From Paraspadella gotoi (lineage: Eukaryota; Animalia; Chaetognatha): 64,000 nt of DNA. This document shows positions 38,301-51,699 of the stretch, piece by piece. The stretch covers positions 25,298,051 to 25,362,050 of the forward strand of contig CM119264.1 of the NCBI GenBank assembly GCA_051294375.1, given 5' to 3'. A program made the position numbers and the translations under genes. The notes beneath the pieces were generated by a model. It saw only the letters and a list, made by a program, of their open reading frames with translations. It had not been told where the DNA came from and did no database searches. Within the stretch, counting starts at the first letter, position 1. Each line of letters opens with the position of its first letter.

Positions 38301-41300
38301 AGTAAACCGTCACACTATGCCAAAAACATGAAGTAAACAAACGTTTGCTTGGTTGTACTACGGCAAAGATTATCAGAAATAAACGGACATGTTCGACTTA
38401 AGTTGATAATCTTCTGACGACAGAAACAGTAAGTTTAAAAATTGTTTCAGTCTACCCGACGATAATTTGAATATTTAACGATCGTCGAAGGCATCTCTAA
38501 TATATTAGAGAATTATAATTCCTTTTTAACCCGCGTTCTTCCCTCAAATCGAAAACGAGGCTGCCATTCGCGTTTCGAGTTGAGCGTAACCGTGAATTTG
38601 TAGAACGTACATAATCAAGGAAAAAAGAAACACATGGGAATAAAATCTCGTCGCTGGCGAAAAAAAAAAAGAATATAAAATTGATGGGGGGGAAAGGACC
38701 GCGGGGATAATAGAGAGATAAGGAAAATATAATCAATATACGGGTAAAGGAACGGAGAAAAAAGAAAAGAGAATAAGAAGACAGGGCGGAGAGAGAAAGG
38801 AAGGAAATGAGAAGAAGAAGGAAAGAAGACGAGATTAAAGGAAAAAGATTGCGAAAGGATAGAGGACGAAGAAAATTAAAAGAAAAGTTGAATAAAGGAA
38901 GTAGATGTCGCGCGAGGAGAAATTAGATATTTCCCTATTTGATCTAAGTGTTCTGCCTACGAAACGTCGCGAAGAACAAGGCTGGCCTGAGACGAAAAGA
39001 AGTGGGGGAGAGTATACGATTGTGTAATGCTGTAAAATGAGTGTCACGTGAGTATAAGTTACACCACAATCACTGAGACACGACGAAGGACCGAACGACG
39101 CGACTTCGCAGGTATTTGTGCGTCGTCGCGCCCATTACTCTGATGAAAAAACGAACAATAAATAATAATTTCGCGAGTTGAAAAGTCTGTTTCATTGCTT
39201 ATACTGGACGCCAAACAAAATGCCTCTAAATCAAGTTTTTTCGAGGTACTTTTTTTTTCGGTGACGTCGTTGGATAGTAGAGGAGAAAATCGAACATCTT
39301 CTCTGAAAAAATAAAATACGACTGCACTCTGACGTTTACAGTATAGTTCCACTACCATACAGTGCTGAGAAGATCGTTTATGGATGTCAGAATTCACGTG
39401 AATCTTTTCATGTTTTAAAAATAACCTTTACCGTATTTTTCCATAAGAAAACCATCTTAAACTAAGGACCGGCCTGCCTTCCATGATAACAAATATTGAT
39501 GCATGATAATCTAACATTACATTGTGCCGGGATGATTAACCAAAGGATTGACTGGATCAATAAACCAATGATCGATGCTCATGATAGTCATTCATGACTG
39601 CGATGAATCATTCACTCTGGGGACGAGAGCATTCATTTCTAAACCATTAATTATTTCTCATGAATTGGGCACCACATCGGATAGAATTTTGGAATATTAT
39701 CTGCCATCGCAAATTTCAATCAAAATCGGACATATACTTGCTTCAAGTTATCGGCAGCGTATCGCGCGAATAATCGCGCTTTTCAACCGATTCAACTTTC
39801 GCTTAAAAATTTAACTCATTTTGATCTCCAACAAGATTTGTACTACGCGCTAGTTCTCACCAGCCTTTAGATCACGATTCGGATTATCGCGCTCGCCTTC
39901 CCGGGCCTCATAAGAGGTAATTAAATAAGCAACATGCCACCGAAAATTCGAATCTCCCAAGAGGCACTATAAGCTTATAAAAACACTATAATTATAATAG
40001 AATATAAAAGAGAAACAGATAAGAGAACAAAAGATAGGGACCAGAAGTGTTTGGCTGAGCATTTTTCAATTCTCTTCTTTCCCAAAATTAAACATACCTG
40101 GGAATCTCGATAAACAAAACAAGAAGGCATTTAAAAAAAATTCACCTTAATAAAAGCATATTAACAGTTGACTTGAGACTTAATCTTTGAAATACAAAAG
40201 CGTACCAAACATAATTCTAACTGCTTTTAAGTCCAAAAATTCTCTAATATTTTATAAATTACACATAACTTTAGTACAATTTTTTAAAGTTTACATTGTT
40301 TGTACCACAGTTAAATGGAAGAAACACAAATTTCGGGCGTAAAACCTGAAGGAACATTGGGCTAGCCTTTGCTTGCCTTCTCATAGCATCTTTTAAACTC
40401 TTGACTGCACGACCCCTTGACTCTGCCCGCCCAAATAATACGCCGGATAATTTTTTTACACAAAGTCTATTTTACTTGTATCAGTTAGCGTAAATTGATG
40501 TATGAGCTAATAAATTTGTTGTATTCTTCTTCCCCTATTATGTTAAGAATCTATCTATGTCTTTCATAGCTCTGGTATATTCCATGTTTATAGTATTGTC
40601 TTCATATATTCATTTATTGTTTAATTAAATATCTTTATATTGATAAAATATTTTTCCAAAGTCTTTAACATGAAATACAGATACATTTCTATCGCAACAT
40701 TTAACGAAAATTAAACGTAATTGATTACAAAGTGGTTGGGTAATCGGCACCGACGTTAAATCAATTTTTTTATCCACCATTCTTACACTCTTTTCAAGCC
40801 CTATTAATCCCTCCTCTCTCTCTCTCTCTCTCTCTCTCGATATTTCTTCTCTTTCTCTCTCTCAAGTCTTTTCTCGCCTCAATGCAAAATCATCACTACT
40901 TTAAATTCTCTCTCTCTTCTCTCTCTCTCTCTCTCTCATCTCTTTTTATCTCCTTACTTTCTTTTTGTCTCCATTTTTTGCGTTAGGTGCTTAACGGCGC
41001 ATGCGACTCCGGATTCGGTTTTTAACTTTTTGTGCTTTTTTTTTTTTTCTTTCGCGGAGTTTCTCATTTCTCTGGATAAGCGTGGCTCACTATACATTTC
41101 AACGATTCCTCGTAGGGGGGAAGCGCGCTGTGAGAAAGATGAAAGCATCGTCAATTTTAGGTTAATTTTCATCTGTAATAGGATGCGTCGACGGTGGAGG
41201 ATAGAGTCTTCCGGAGTAAGAATCTTGATATACATTTGAATTTTGTCGTCTCGCTCGCTTTTAGGCTGATAACTAAATTGCTTATTATCATTAACGTTTA

Positions 41301-43559
41301 CCGTAAAGCAATTTTATTGTTATATTTGAAATCTAAACCACTTATTACGTACGAATAGATAAGTATAAGAAAGTCAGTTCTTTCCCCATCATCTTCTTAC
41401 AACCTTTATCTTTGAATTTTGAACATCTATTAAAACGCTCAAGTAATTTTTGTGAGTCGCTTTCGCTTTGTTTTCCGCTTCCACATTTCATAAAGCTTCA
41501 TGTTCATTTACTTGTGCTAGGCGCCCGCGATGAAGTGCAACATCCAGCGTGGCAGCAGCAGCACCAAGTTTGGCGTCGCACTGAAGATTTTCGAGGTTTT
41601 CTTGGCGAAAAGGCCGGACGCTGCGGCGAGCTGAGCGTGCGGCGGAAACCACCTGTCCTTTGAAAATTATTTGTGAAAATTAATTGGAGGCTACTGGGTT
41701 ATGGGTGCCTTTCTCTGCGAAGCAACGCTGCCTTTTCCTTTTCCTTTTTTCCTTATTTTGAGGTAAAACAAGGCTGGGTTGTGCTGCTGTGGAATATGCT
41801 GAGGAATGGCAAGCTGGGGTAACGTGATTTTGATGTATTGGGAAAGACATGATTAGAATGCGAAAGGAAGGTATACGTTTATTACGTTTTATTAATATGA
41901 TATTTTATAAAGAATATTTTACTGGAGTAATACGTAATATTCTACTCTCATATCGTTTAATGAAATGCCGAATTCAGCCCACAAATAAACGAACATAGAT
42001 TTGAGTACTGAGGCTGTCCAAGCAATGGGACTGAGCACGGAGTTTATATCGCAGCTGTACGGAGGCGGAAAGTTATAGGATTCAGCCACAGTGAATATAG
42101 ATTGAATAAATGATCGTAGGACTCGCGTCTAAACATCAATAACAATTAATAATCTTATTCACTCATCATATGACTCGTCTCACGGCGATTATTACGTCAT
42201 CGTCATCGTCGTGCATCAATGTCGTCATCGGAACACTCGCGATTATTTTACATCTTGTTGTGGGAGATTTCTCGTCTTTTGCTGTTGCTCGTCCGACATC
42301 TGTCGTCTCGTCGCTGTTCTCGTCCGTTACACTCCTTCGATGAATTATTACTTACCTTGGGACTCGGTGACTAAGCGTCCATTGATGTCTTTTTTTTTTT
42401 GTTTGTCTATCCGTTCGGTGCTGTCGAGCTCCGCCGTACTAATTATCATCCACGTCCATATTCCACGGACCCATATCCTTCCCTTCCCACTGTTCGCTTC
42501 TTTCGCGCTCTTCCTGTTACCGTACTGTTCCCTGTCTCTCCTTACCTCTGTCCTCATTTTCATCCCGTCTTATTTTTTTGCGCTCACGTCGAAGCGGTTC
42601 ATCCGCTCCGTCGCTCACTCATTCATTTTCGTCATCTTTATTCCCATCGCCACCTTGATGACTACTACCTCGTCGTCGTCTTCTGTTTCATCCTAAAACG
42701 CCGGTGGATTGTGTGATCTGTCCCTTGATAAAAAAGGGGGGCCGGGTGAGGTGGGTGGAGACAGAAGGAGGACAATGGAATTGGGGCGAGAGTACGGGAG
42801 GGGGGGTGAGTCGGGCGGGGGTGTTGATTCTGAAGGGACTGTTTTGAGGGAAGGAAATTTGCCAGAAATTAGGAGAATGTTATTAGAATATTGAATTAGA
42901 AATATAATAAGTCTGAAATATAAATGATGTTTTTCTTTGCAAAAGTTATTCTCTTAAATTATGATTATGAAATTGGTACAACACCATATAAACAGTTATA
43001 CCATTTTTCTATCTAATAAACGAGCTATGTTTGCCGTACTTTGGAGAGGCTTTGGTGGTTTTAAGGCCTCCGTGCACTCTTTGGACATACTGATATGACA
43101 GTAGCGAGGTCTGGCACAGCTTCTCATGCATATGTACTTCTTCACAGTCTCTGTTTATCAATTTTGCTGATATTTACAGAACCAAGTATCTTTGATAACC
43201 TTTGGTATATTAACACGACTATCTCAAAGGGGGATAGATTATAGGACGCGATTCATGGGTCGATTTGAGGATGATGAGGGAGCACGACGGAAAAGCTGGC
43301 GGAAACGTTGGAAGCGAGGTGGAAGCGATGGTCCGGGATCGGAGCGTATTGTGGAGGCCATGATGGGGCAAAACTTCTCACTCGGCCATCGACATCTTTG
43401 TTTTTTCTCTAAAAACTTTGTCTCTTCGTTCTTTCTCCAGTTTTCTTGTCGATGAAGTGTCGCGTATCTCTTATGTGCGTTTCATTTTCTTCTGTCATCA
43501 GACTCGTTCTTTTCGTCAGAGCGCATTCAGTCGCTCTGTACGTCTTCGTCTGTTGTCAT

Positions 43560-46500
43560 CGCTCTGTTATGCCGAGTAGAGTAGTTAGAGAAAAGATGTA
43601 CGAGAGTTATTGTCAGACTTTCCGATTGTATGTTGTACGGTACGGTTTGAAGAGAGGATCTTACTGCCAAAGATCGAAGCAAATGAAGAAACATGTAATG
43701 GTAGAGAAGAACAGAGGTTCTGCAGTTCTTGGGCGATTTACAGGGTTCCTAGAATGTCAATAAAAAACTTGTTAAATGCAAAGAGGTGTCAACTATGAAT
43801 TTTTTCCAATACAAGAAATAAAAACCGAAAGAATGAGAGCATGGACTTCGCGGACCCGCTACGATCTACGAGCGGTTGTGATGCTATCTTTGTCGTCGAC
43901 GTCATCGCACAGAATCTGATGCAGTCACTATGTCTTTTCTTTTCTAAAATTCTCACGGAATAAGAGAAAATAAATGAAGAAAAAGGAAAAAAAATGCAAC
44001 TTGTAAAAGAATAGTGTTGACAAAGGCGTCTAGGTATTGTTTCATCAAATTTGGGAAAAACAAGGAGTTTTCCGACATCAAGAATTTTGGCAAGTAGATA
44101 TACCCCTGAGAAGACAATGCCTCTGTGGAGGGGGGCGTATAGGGAACTACATGGTGAATATTCGCCGCGAGAAAGTGGCCTTTCTTGGCCAAAGCGTCAA
44201 CGATTAACGACACTATTTAGCTGGAGTAGGAATATGAACTCGAGTAGAAGAATTCTGCACTATTGGGTAATCATCGAAATTTTCATAAAATGTTCAAGTT
44301 GTAGAATGTAAAACAAAGACAAGCAACACCTTAGGCGTTAACACAATTAATCTCTAACATAGGTCCATTCATGCGTGAAATTCGTATTGATTGAACAAAT
44401 TACCAAGAGAAATGCTCATTATGAAACTGATAGATTAGAAAAATAAGTGTAAATTATCATCCGTGACAATATAACAACGCACCTTGAGAACGGTCTGGTT
44501 ACTTCAAACACAAAACTTCTGTATACACAGATTTATGGGTTCTACACTCATACGACATTATTCTTCTATACTTTCGTCTTTTTTATTCTTCCTCGTCTCT
44601 CGCCGTCTCCCTCTCCTGGCGCATTCCTCCGCGCTATTCTCTCTCTCTCTGAACATAAATCTGTCTCTCATTCTCCTCTCTCTCTTCTCACTACTCTTCT
44701 GGACCCCCTCTTGAAAGAATTCTCTCGCATCTTTTAGGCATAATACCATTTCCTCTCTCTCACGTTTTCAGTATCGTTTTCTTTTCCTCACACAAACATT
44801 TGTACAAATTTAAATGATAGCACCATTCTCCATCTTCATCTTTCACTTATCTAATTCCACCGCCGCTTAACACCCGTCCTCGATCATTGTTAGGACATCA
44901 ACGCACGGTTACTTAATCCGTTTTTCTCTCTCACATGCGTGCCATCAGCAAAAACACCCCCTCCCCCTTCTGTTCCTCTTCCTTTCACTATTTGGCAAAC
45001 GATTCCAAATTACACGGCTGCTCTAAATTAACCCTCCGGCGCCTTCTCGGAACACCGCATAGTCTAAAACAATACCTCTCTTTCGATGGTCTTCCTAAAA
45101 CAAAAATTCGGAGGCTTGTCACTTATCCGGCAGTTTTCAACCCTAAAAAACACCAGTTCTTCCATTCTCGCTATTGCTTCCAATCGCAACTTGCAGATCC
45201 CGCCAGATTAATTTTTTTCTTCCTTATCCTTGGGGTACAGACTGCATAGCCCTAATTATCCAAACCCCGGTACCTGATCTATACTACTGATTTGTTCTCC
45301 ATTTACCCCCCCAACAAGATCCCTATCGCCAGGTTCTTTCTGGGGAAAAGGGAAAAACAGCGCGGCCTACCAGTCCCTCATTTAAATTCGCCCTGCCCCC
45401 CCTCCCCCATTTTTGGGGCATGGACTAAAATGCGGATTTCGCTATCGCGCTCCTTCCCTACCCACCCCCCCCCCTCCGTCTGGCGCCCCTTCCCACACGA
45501 CCCCAGACTCCGCTCCCGCCCATCTACTCCACCAATACTCCCCTCTCAAATCTGACCAATTTGATATTTTGGCTCTCGCCGACATGCCAGCTTAATTGAA
45601 GGCAAATTATAAGATGATTACTCGTTCGGCGGACTGCGCAGCCCTAATTTCATCCATAATAACAAACAAATTGCGTGTAATAGAGTGCAAAGAGAGCAGA
45701 CGAAGAAGAAAGGAGCAGGAGAGAGCGCTCGAAGGCTGAGCACGCGACCGCCCATGCAAGCCGGAACTCGTTGTTGTAAAAAAAGAAGAGCATAGAGATC
45801 GGTGATGAGTAGAGGGAGAGAGAGAGAGAGAGAGAGAGCGAGCGGACTCGTTTATCGTTTACTCCGTTGAAGTTTTTTTTCGACATGACGCCCACGCCTT
45901 TCCCGCGAGCTTCCTGTCTGAGTCTAGAGCATAGTTGTGCTTCATGTCGATCACCACAACAGCGCTTGTTCCTAATCCCTCCGATGACCATTACGCTAGT
46001 CCATCAATTCCTCTAGACTCTCTCCTCCTGCAATCTTCTCTCTTCTCTCCTCCAAATTTTATCCTCTCCCTTTTTTTTGAGACCAATCAGAAGACTCCCG
46101 ATTTCTTCTTAGCCAATTCGTCGTCGAGGACGCTTGGTCTGCTAGTTTCCACCAAGTGACTTACGCGTTACGTAAACGGACAATGATATATCGACGCTCC
46201 GAGAATAATTGCGTCCGCTCGACCTCGCTCGATGATGGTCAGACACGATTACCGCGCCGACGCCTTTTCCAGCTATAATTTTTCATGGCACGTTATTGTT
46301 CTTTTTCTATCTCGCCGGCCCGCCATCCTTTTCCGGATCCCCTCCCTCTATAACTCTGCCATCCCTCACCCACTCTCTCTTTCTCTCTCCACTTGACAAC
46401 AGACGATATTCGTCCTTGAACGACGAACATTGCGTATTCACCTAGCGACCGCGCTTTAGCGACCGCCCTTGGCGACCCGGCGTCATTAAGGCAAGGCGGA

Positions 46501-47880
46501 ACGGGCGAGAGAGGGAGCTGGCGTCGAAAGGGCGCGCCTATGCGAAATAGTGTGAGCATAAATTACGTTACGAGAAGAGGAAAGATAGGCGGTCTCTCGC
46601 GACGCCCGAGACTAATACGCGGATAAATGCGGGTATATATGGGGGTCAATGGGGATTGGAAGCTGGAATCGTTTCCGATCATCAGTGCAGGGCTTTTTCA
46701 ATTATCTCTCTTTTTCTTCTTTACTTGACTTTTATGTATTGTAAACAATTGTAACTCGTAAACGTATGTAACGTTTTAAGAATTTGGTTTATTTTTTACT
46801 TTTTCTACTTCATATTTTATTTAATTATTTATTTATTATTTAGATATTTCTATGCGTGGCTTTGCTTGCCTTGCTTCTTTTCCTCTTGCTTTTATCTCTG
46901 CCAAAGGCCTCGGCCTCGTAAAGATTCGAGCTACATCCGGACGTAGAATTCATTCCTCAAATATGAGACGCCGTCTCTCCCGGATGCAGTTGGATTTCCA
47001 CGCACTCATTCCCGTTCTTCCTCTGTCCTCCGCTTTCCCAGTCCATTTCGCTATGAATTGGACCCCGAGATCGACGTGATCACGGATTCTCGCGATTCCG
47101 TTCGGGACGAAGAGTGACGTCACGAACGGTCAATTCACGTGAGGTAACTTTGATTGGGTGAATTGGATTTAGGTGGCGCTGGACTGGGTGGCGCTGATTG
47201 GGTGGGGATGCTTCATTATCTCTCCTCTCCGGTCGAAGGGCTTAAGTGATACGTTTCTTTAAGTCGTAAAAACAGTTCGTTGTGATTTGTCGCGAAAATG
47301 AGGCGGGAAAAAACATGCTCATGTGTGTTTTTTTTTTTGTAATTATTTTTTTTTATTTTTTTTTTGATTTATATTTTTTTTATATTTTTTCTCTCTGGTC
47401 TGGTATTATTATGGTTGTCCGGCGATATTAATTAGAAAGAAAAAAGAAAAGAAAAAAAAAAAAGAAATAAGAAAAAAGCCTCCCATATAGTATTTTTCCC
47501 CATTTTTTTTTTTTTTTAAATTTCGCTGGCCCGGGTCATCGGGCGGCTCCGCCTAGCATCTCGTTTTTTGCCTCATTAAACAAATAAAACAAAAAATATG
47601 CTCGCTCTCTCTCTCTCTCTCTCTCTCTCATCTCTCCTCTCTCTTCTCTCTCTCTCTCTCTTTGGAACGGGGAAGAGAGAGAGAGAGAGTTTATGCGATT
47701 TGTTGGCAGAGGTTTGGGGGCAACGATCGTCGTGCCCGTGACGCCCGCTCTCGCTCCCGCGGCGCGACGAAATCAAATGAGTTATGAGGTCGTCATCGGT
47801 CGTAAGTGTTCGTCGCCTGTCGTTATGATTGACGTATACGTCGACCGCGGGTGAACGCGAATGACCCCGAGGGACTCTAA
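43560..47880 (+). CDS. Frameshift-riddled multi-exon fragment of a plexin/MET-family receptor (Sema, PSI-like and IPT/TIG-like motifs)
   Basis: Motifs appear in the expected order when read across indels. Sema-like: TFRLYVVRYG (~43617); LTKASRYC…VDIPL..C…AYRELHG.Y…LGQSV…TLFS…FCTI (44010-44266, donor at 44267). PSI-like: CLSLEHSCASC (45915). IPT-like: APRII…GQTRL (~46195); …LCEIV (~46540); MQLDF…PFRYELDPEIDVIT…AIPFG..VT.GQFT (46897-47143, donor GAG|GTAACT); TIVVPVTPAL…VYVD (47710-47850). Matched by eye to family consensus recalled from memory. Confidence 0.45.
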
Positions 47881-48074
47881 ATCATGGCAAATGTGAGACA
47901 GCTTTGGTCTAGCACGGGGACTGTTTGGAGAGTTGACGTGGGCGAGGGAGAGTGATCGAGCGGTTGGGAGTGAAGAGGGCAATAGGGGTGATACGGTCGA
48001 AAGTTGAGGGGAGTTTTCAAAATCGGTGGGGTGGAGTTTAAAATACAATAAGTTGAGTGTCAGGATGCATGTGA

Positions 48075-48561
48075 CACTATAAGAGCTTAGTAGGGTGTAC
48101 GGAAATTCACAGGGCCTCGCATATCGAGCCAGAACGACTACCCTATAAGAGCTTAGTAGGTGGATGACGGAAAATATCAACAGGCTTGCTATCAAGCAGA
48201 CGACTACACGATAAGAAGCTTAGTAGAGTGGATGACGGAGAAATATACAGGGCCTCGAATATCGGACCAGAATTCGACTACACTATAAGAGCTTAGTAGA
48301 GGTGGATGACGGAAATATCAACAGGCCGTCGCTATCGAGCCAAGAACGACTACACTTAAGAGGCTTAGTAGGTGGATGACGGAACATATCACAGGGCCTC
48401 GCTATCGAGCCAGAACGACTACACTATAAGAGGATTAAGTAGGGTGGATGACGGAAAATCTACAGGGCCTCGCTATCGAGCCAGAACGACTACACTATAA
48501 GAGCTTAGTAGGGTGGTGATGACGGAAAATATCACAGGGCCCGCTATCGAGCCAGAACGAC
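48075..48561 (+). repeat. ~69-bp minisatellite, 7 copies with indel noise
   Basis: Consensus is approximately cactataagagcttagtagggtggatgacggaaatatcacagggcctcgctatcgagccagaacgacta, head-to-tail. Confidence 0.93.
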
Positions 48562-51258
48562 CCGGGGTGAGTGTGGTTGAGACGAGGGTGTTGATTTAGA
48601 TTNNNNNNNNNNNNNNNNNNNNNNNNNAGAGAGAGAGAGAGAGAGAGTGGAAGGAGGAGAGTTAGCGGAATATGGGGAGAGATAGAGATTGAGCGGCATA
48701 AAAGGGAGTCAGGGAAGATGGAAAGAATGAATTAGGAGTGCAAAGAAAAAAAAGAGAAAAAAGAAAAAGAAAAAAAAGAGACAAAAGAAAAAGAAAAAAA
48801 AGAGAAAAAAGAAAAAGAAAAAAAAGAGAAAAAAGAAGAAGAAAAAAAGAGAAAAAAGAAAAAGAAAAAAAAGAGAAAAAAGAAAAAGAAAAGAAAGAGA
48901 AAAAAGAAAAAGAAGAAAAAAAATAGAGAGAATTGAGAAGACGCAGAAGTGAGACAAGTTTAAGAGGTGAAAAGAAAAGATTGAGTTTCGTGCACTCGGG
49001 CAAATAGAAGGATGGTTGTGAAACAATGAAACATAGAATATAGAAACGATATTTTGGGACGACGGAAGATATAAGAAAGAAACTCGAGATATCCTGGAAG
49101 ATTGGAAGCAAGCGTACTGTTTGAATAAGGGAAATATTAAGCCAGCTTTTGTCGAGAGAAAAAAAGGAATAAAAAGAAAAAAAAAAGAAGATGAACAAAA
49201 ACGAGAAAAAGATTCACTCGAAAAAAGACGAATTTTCCCGCGCGTTTTTCGTTGGTCTCTCAATTTTTTTTTAGGATCATATTTATTTTTCTATTTAGTG
49301 CCGCCAGAAGCACTTTTTGAATTCACTTTATAAGAAAGTATCAAGTAACCATTTTTCATCGCGTCAAACAGTTACTCTGCAACGGGAATATTCCGATCCA
49401 AAAAAGGCGATTAGCCAGGTCGCCTCTCTTTCTTTAAGGAGCCAATAAAGAAATCAATTTTTCTTGATTTTCGCCATAAAAAACCTTTCCAACCCCCAAG
49501 GATCGCAAATGCAAATCTTTTTTCTTCTCCTATCATTTTCCCTCTTATCCTCATTCTCCACTTCTTTTTCTTTCTTTTTTCTTTCTTTCTCCCTTTAATC
49601 ATTCTACTTCTTTATCGTCACTTCTTTCTTCCCTCATATTTTCTTTTCTTCTTCTATCATTATTTNNNNNNNNNNNNNNNNNNNNNNNNNNNNNNNNNNN
49701 NNNNNNNNNNNNNNNNNNNNNNNNNNNNNNNNNNNNNNNNNNNNNNNNNNNNNNNNNNNNNNNNNNNNNNNNNNNNNNNNNNNNNNNNNNNNNNNNNNNN
49801 NNNNNNNNNNNNNNNNNNNNNNNNNNNNNNNNNNNNNNNNNNNNNNNNNNNNNNNNNNNNNNNNNNNNNNNNNNNNNNNNNNNNNNNNNNNNNNNNNNNN
49901 NNNNNNNNNNNCTCTCTCTCTCTCTCTCTCTCTCCCACGCCCACTCAATTTTCTTCTATTCAAAGAGGCCGCTTCGCTGGTTTTGCATTAACGACGAAAT
50001 GAGACCGATTTTGTTTACGACGTTTTATTACTTTTACATTTTTCTTTGTCGCGGAGAGGAATGTTATGACAGCCAATGATCATCTCTCGAGGTGGAAGGA
50101 GTTTATATCTGGGCGATACAGGATTTATTTCATTACCATATATTAAAATACAATTCTTATATATGTTATAATTTAGATTTAACAAATCGAAACTACGTAC
50201 ATTTCTTAAAAAAAAAAAAAAAACGAATAAAAAAAAACCCTAACAAAACCGTAAAAAAGCAACGCCTACGAACTGAGAAGGAAGACCGACCAATCCTTAC
50301 CCCGACTTCCGTTGCCAACACCCATCGTCACCCAAACTCNNNNNNNNNNNNNNNNNNNNNNNNNNNNNNNNNNNNNNNNNNNNNNNNNNNNNNNNNNNNN
50401 NNNNNNNNNNNNNNNNNNNNNNNNNNNNNNNNNNNNNNNNNNNNNNNNNNNNNNNNNNNNNNNNNNNNNNNNNNNNNNNNNNNNNNNNNNNNNNNNNNNN
50501 NNNNNNNNNNNNNNNNNNNNNNNNNNNNNNNNNNNNATGAAAGTCGCAGACATCGTCGTCGTCGTCGTCGTCGTCGTCGCAATTGTGGTTGCAGTTAAAA
50601 AGTTAATCAGTGACATAATCGTTTCCGTCACAAAGAAAATTCGTTGTCGTTTTTATTCGTCGCCGAATGTCTCCTTCCATTTTATCGTTGTCGTTGTCCT
50701 TTACATTGGCATCAGTGATGTTTTCTTTTTTTTCTTTTTTTTCCTTTTTTTGTTTTGCAATCGTTTTGATCATCGTCGCCGTGGTCGTCGTCAGCGTTGT
50801 CTTCTTTTTAATCGTCGTTGTCGTCGTCGTCGTATTTGACGCCCTCGTCCTCATTGTCGTTATCGTTGCTCTCGTCGTCATTAACATCTTGGATTCGTCG
50901 TCGTCGTGGTCGTCGTGGTCGTCGTCGTCGCCGTCGTCGTCGTGAAAAGGGAAAAAATATTTTCCTTCGTTTTTCCTTCGAATCGTCGCCANNNNNNNNN
51001 NNNNNNNNNNNNNNNNNNNNNNNNNNNNNNNNNNNNNNNNNNNNNNNNNNNNNNNNNNNNNNNNNNNNNNNNNNNNNNNNNNNNNNNNNNNNNNNNNNNN
51101 NNNNNNNNNNNNNNNNNNNNNNNNNNNNNNNNNNNNNNNNNNNNNNNNNNNNNNNNNNNNNNNNNNNNNNNNNNNNNNNNNNNNNNNNNNNNNNNNNNNN
51201 NNNNNNNNNNNNNNNNNNNNNNNNNNNNNNNNNNNNNNNNNNNNNNNNNNNNNNNNNN

Positions 51259-51290
<32 letters not shown>

Positions 51291-51699
51291 AAACTGGACG
51301 AAAATTTGCTGGTGAATTAATAAATTGCCTTCGGTTTGGAATTTTCGAATTTTCTCCTCGTAGATTTTGCTTTTTTTTGCCTGAGGATGACAGAAAGAAG
51401 TGAATTGGCGGCTTCGTCCGTGGCTCAACCTTCTACTTCATCATTTAAATCCATAATTAATTTTTTTTTAATTTATTAAAGCCTCGTCGCGTGCAAAGTT
51501 TGCATTTGATTTTTTAAACGTTTTAAAAATAAAGATAATGTATACTACCCCGTGAGCCAAATCCAATGAAACGAAAGAAACCAGTGCCGTACTTTACTGA
51601 GTTGAGATAGACTCACTCAGATTCTTTCAAATGATAAATCACTTCTTGACGTTTTTTTATGTATAAATTTTAGTTTAATCAGTTATCATTACTTTAAAT

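Noticed and set aside
41515-41660. GC-rich exon-like island
   Set aside because: Plausible frames exist on both strands, so strand and product cannot be assigned.
48075-48561. CRISPR array or tandem hammerhead retrozyme
   Set aside because: There are no spacers, and ggatgacggaaa lacks the CUGANGA box and stem II.
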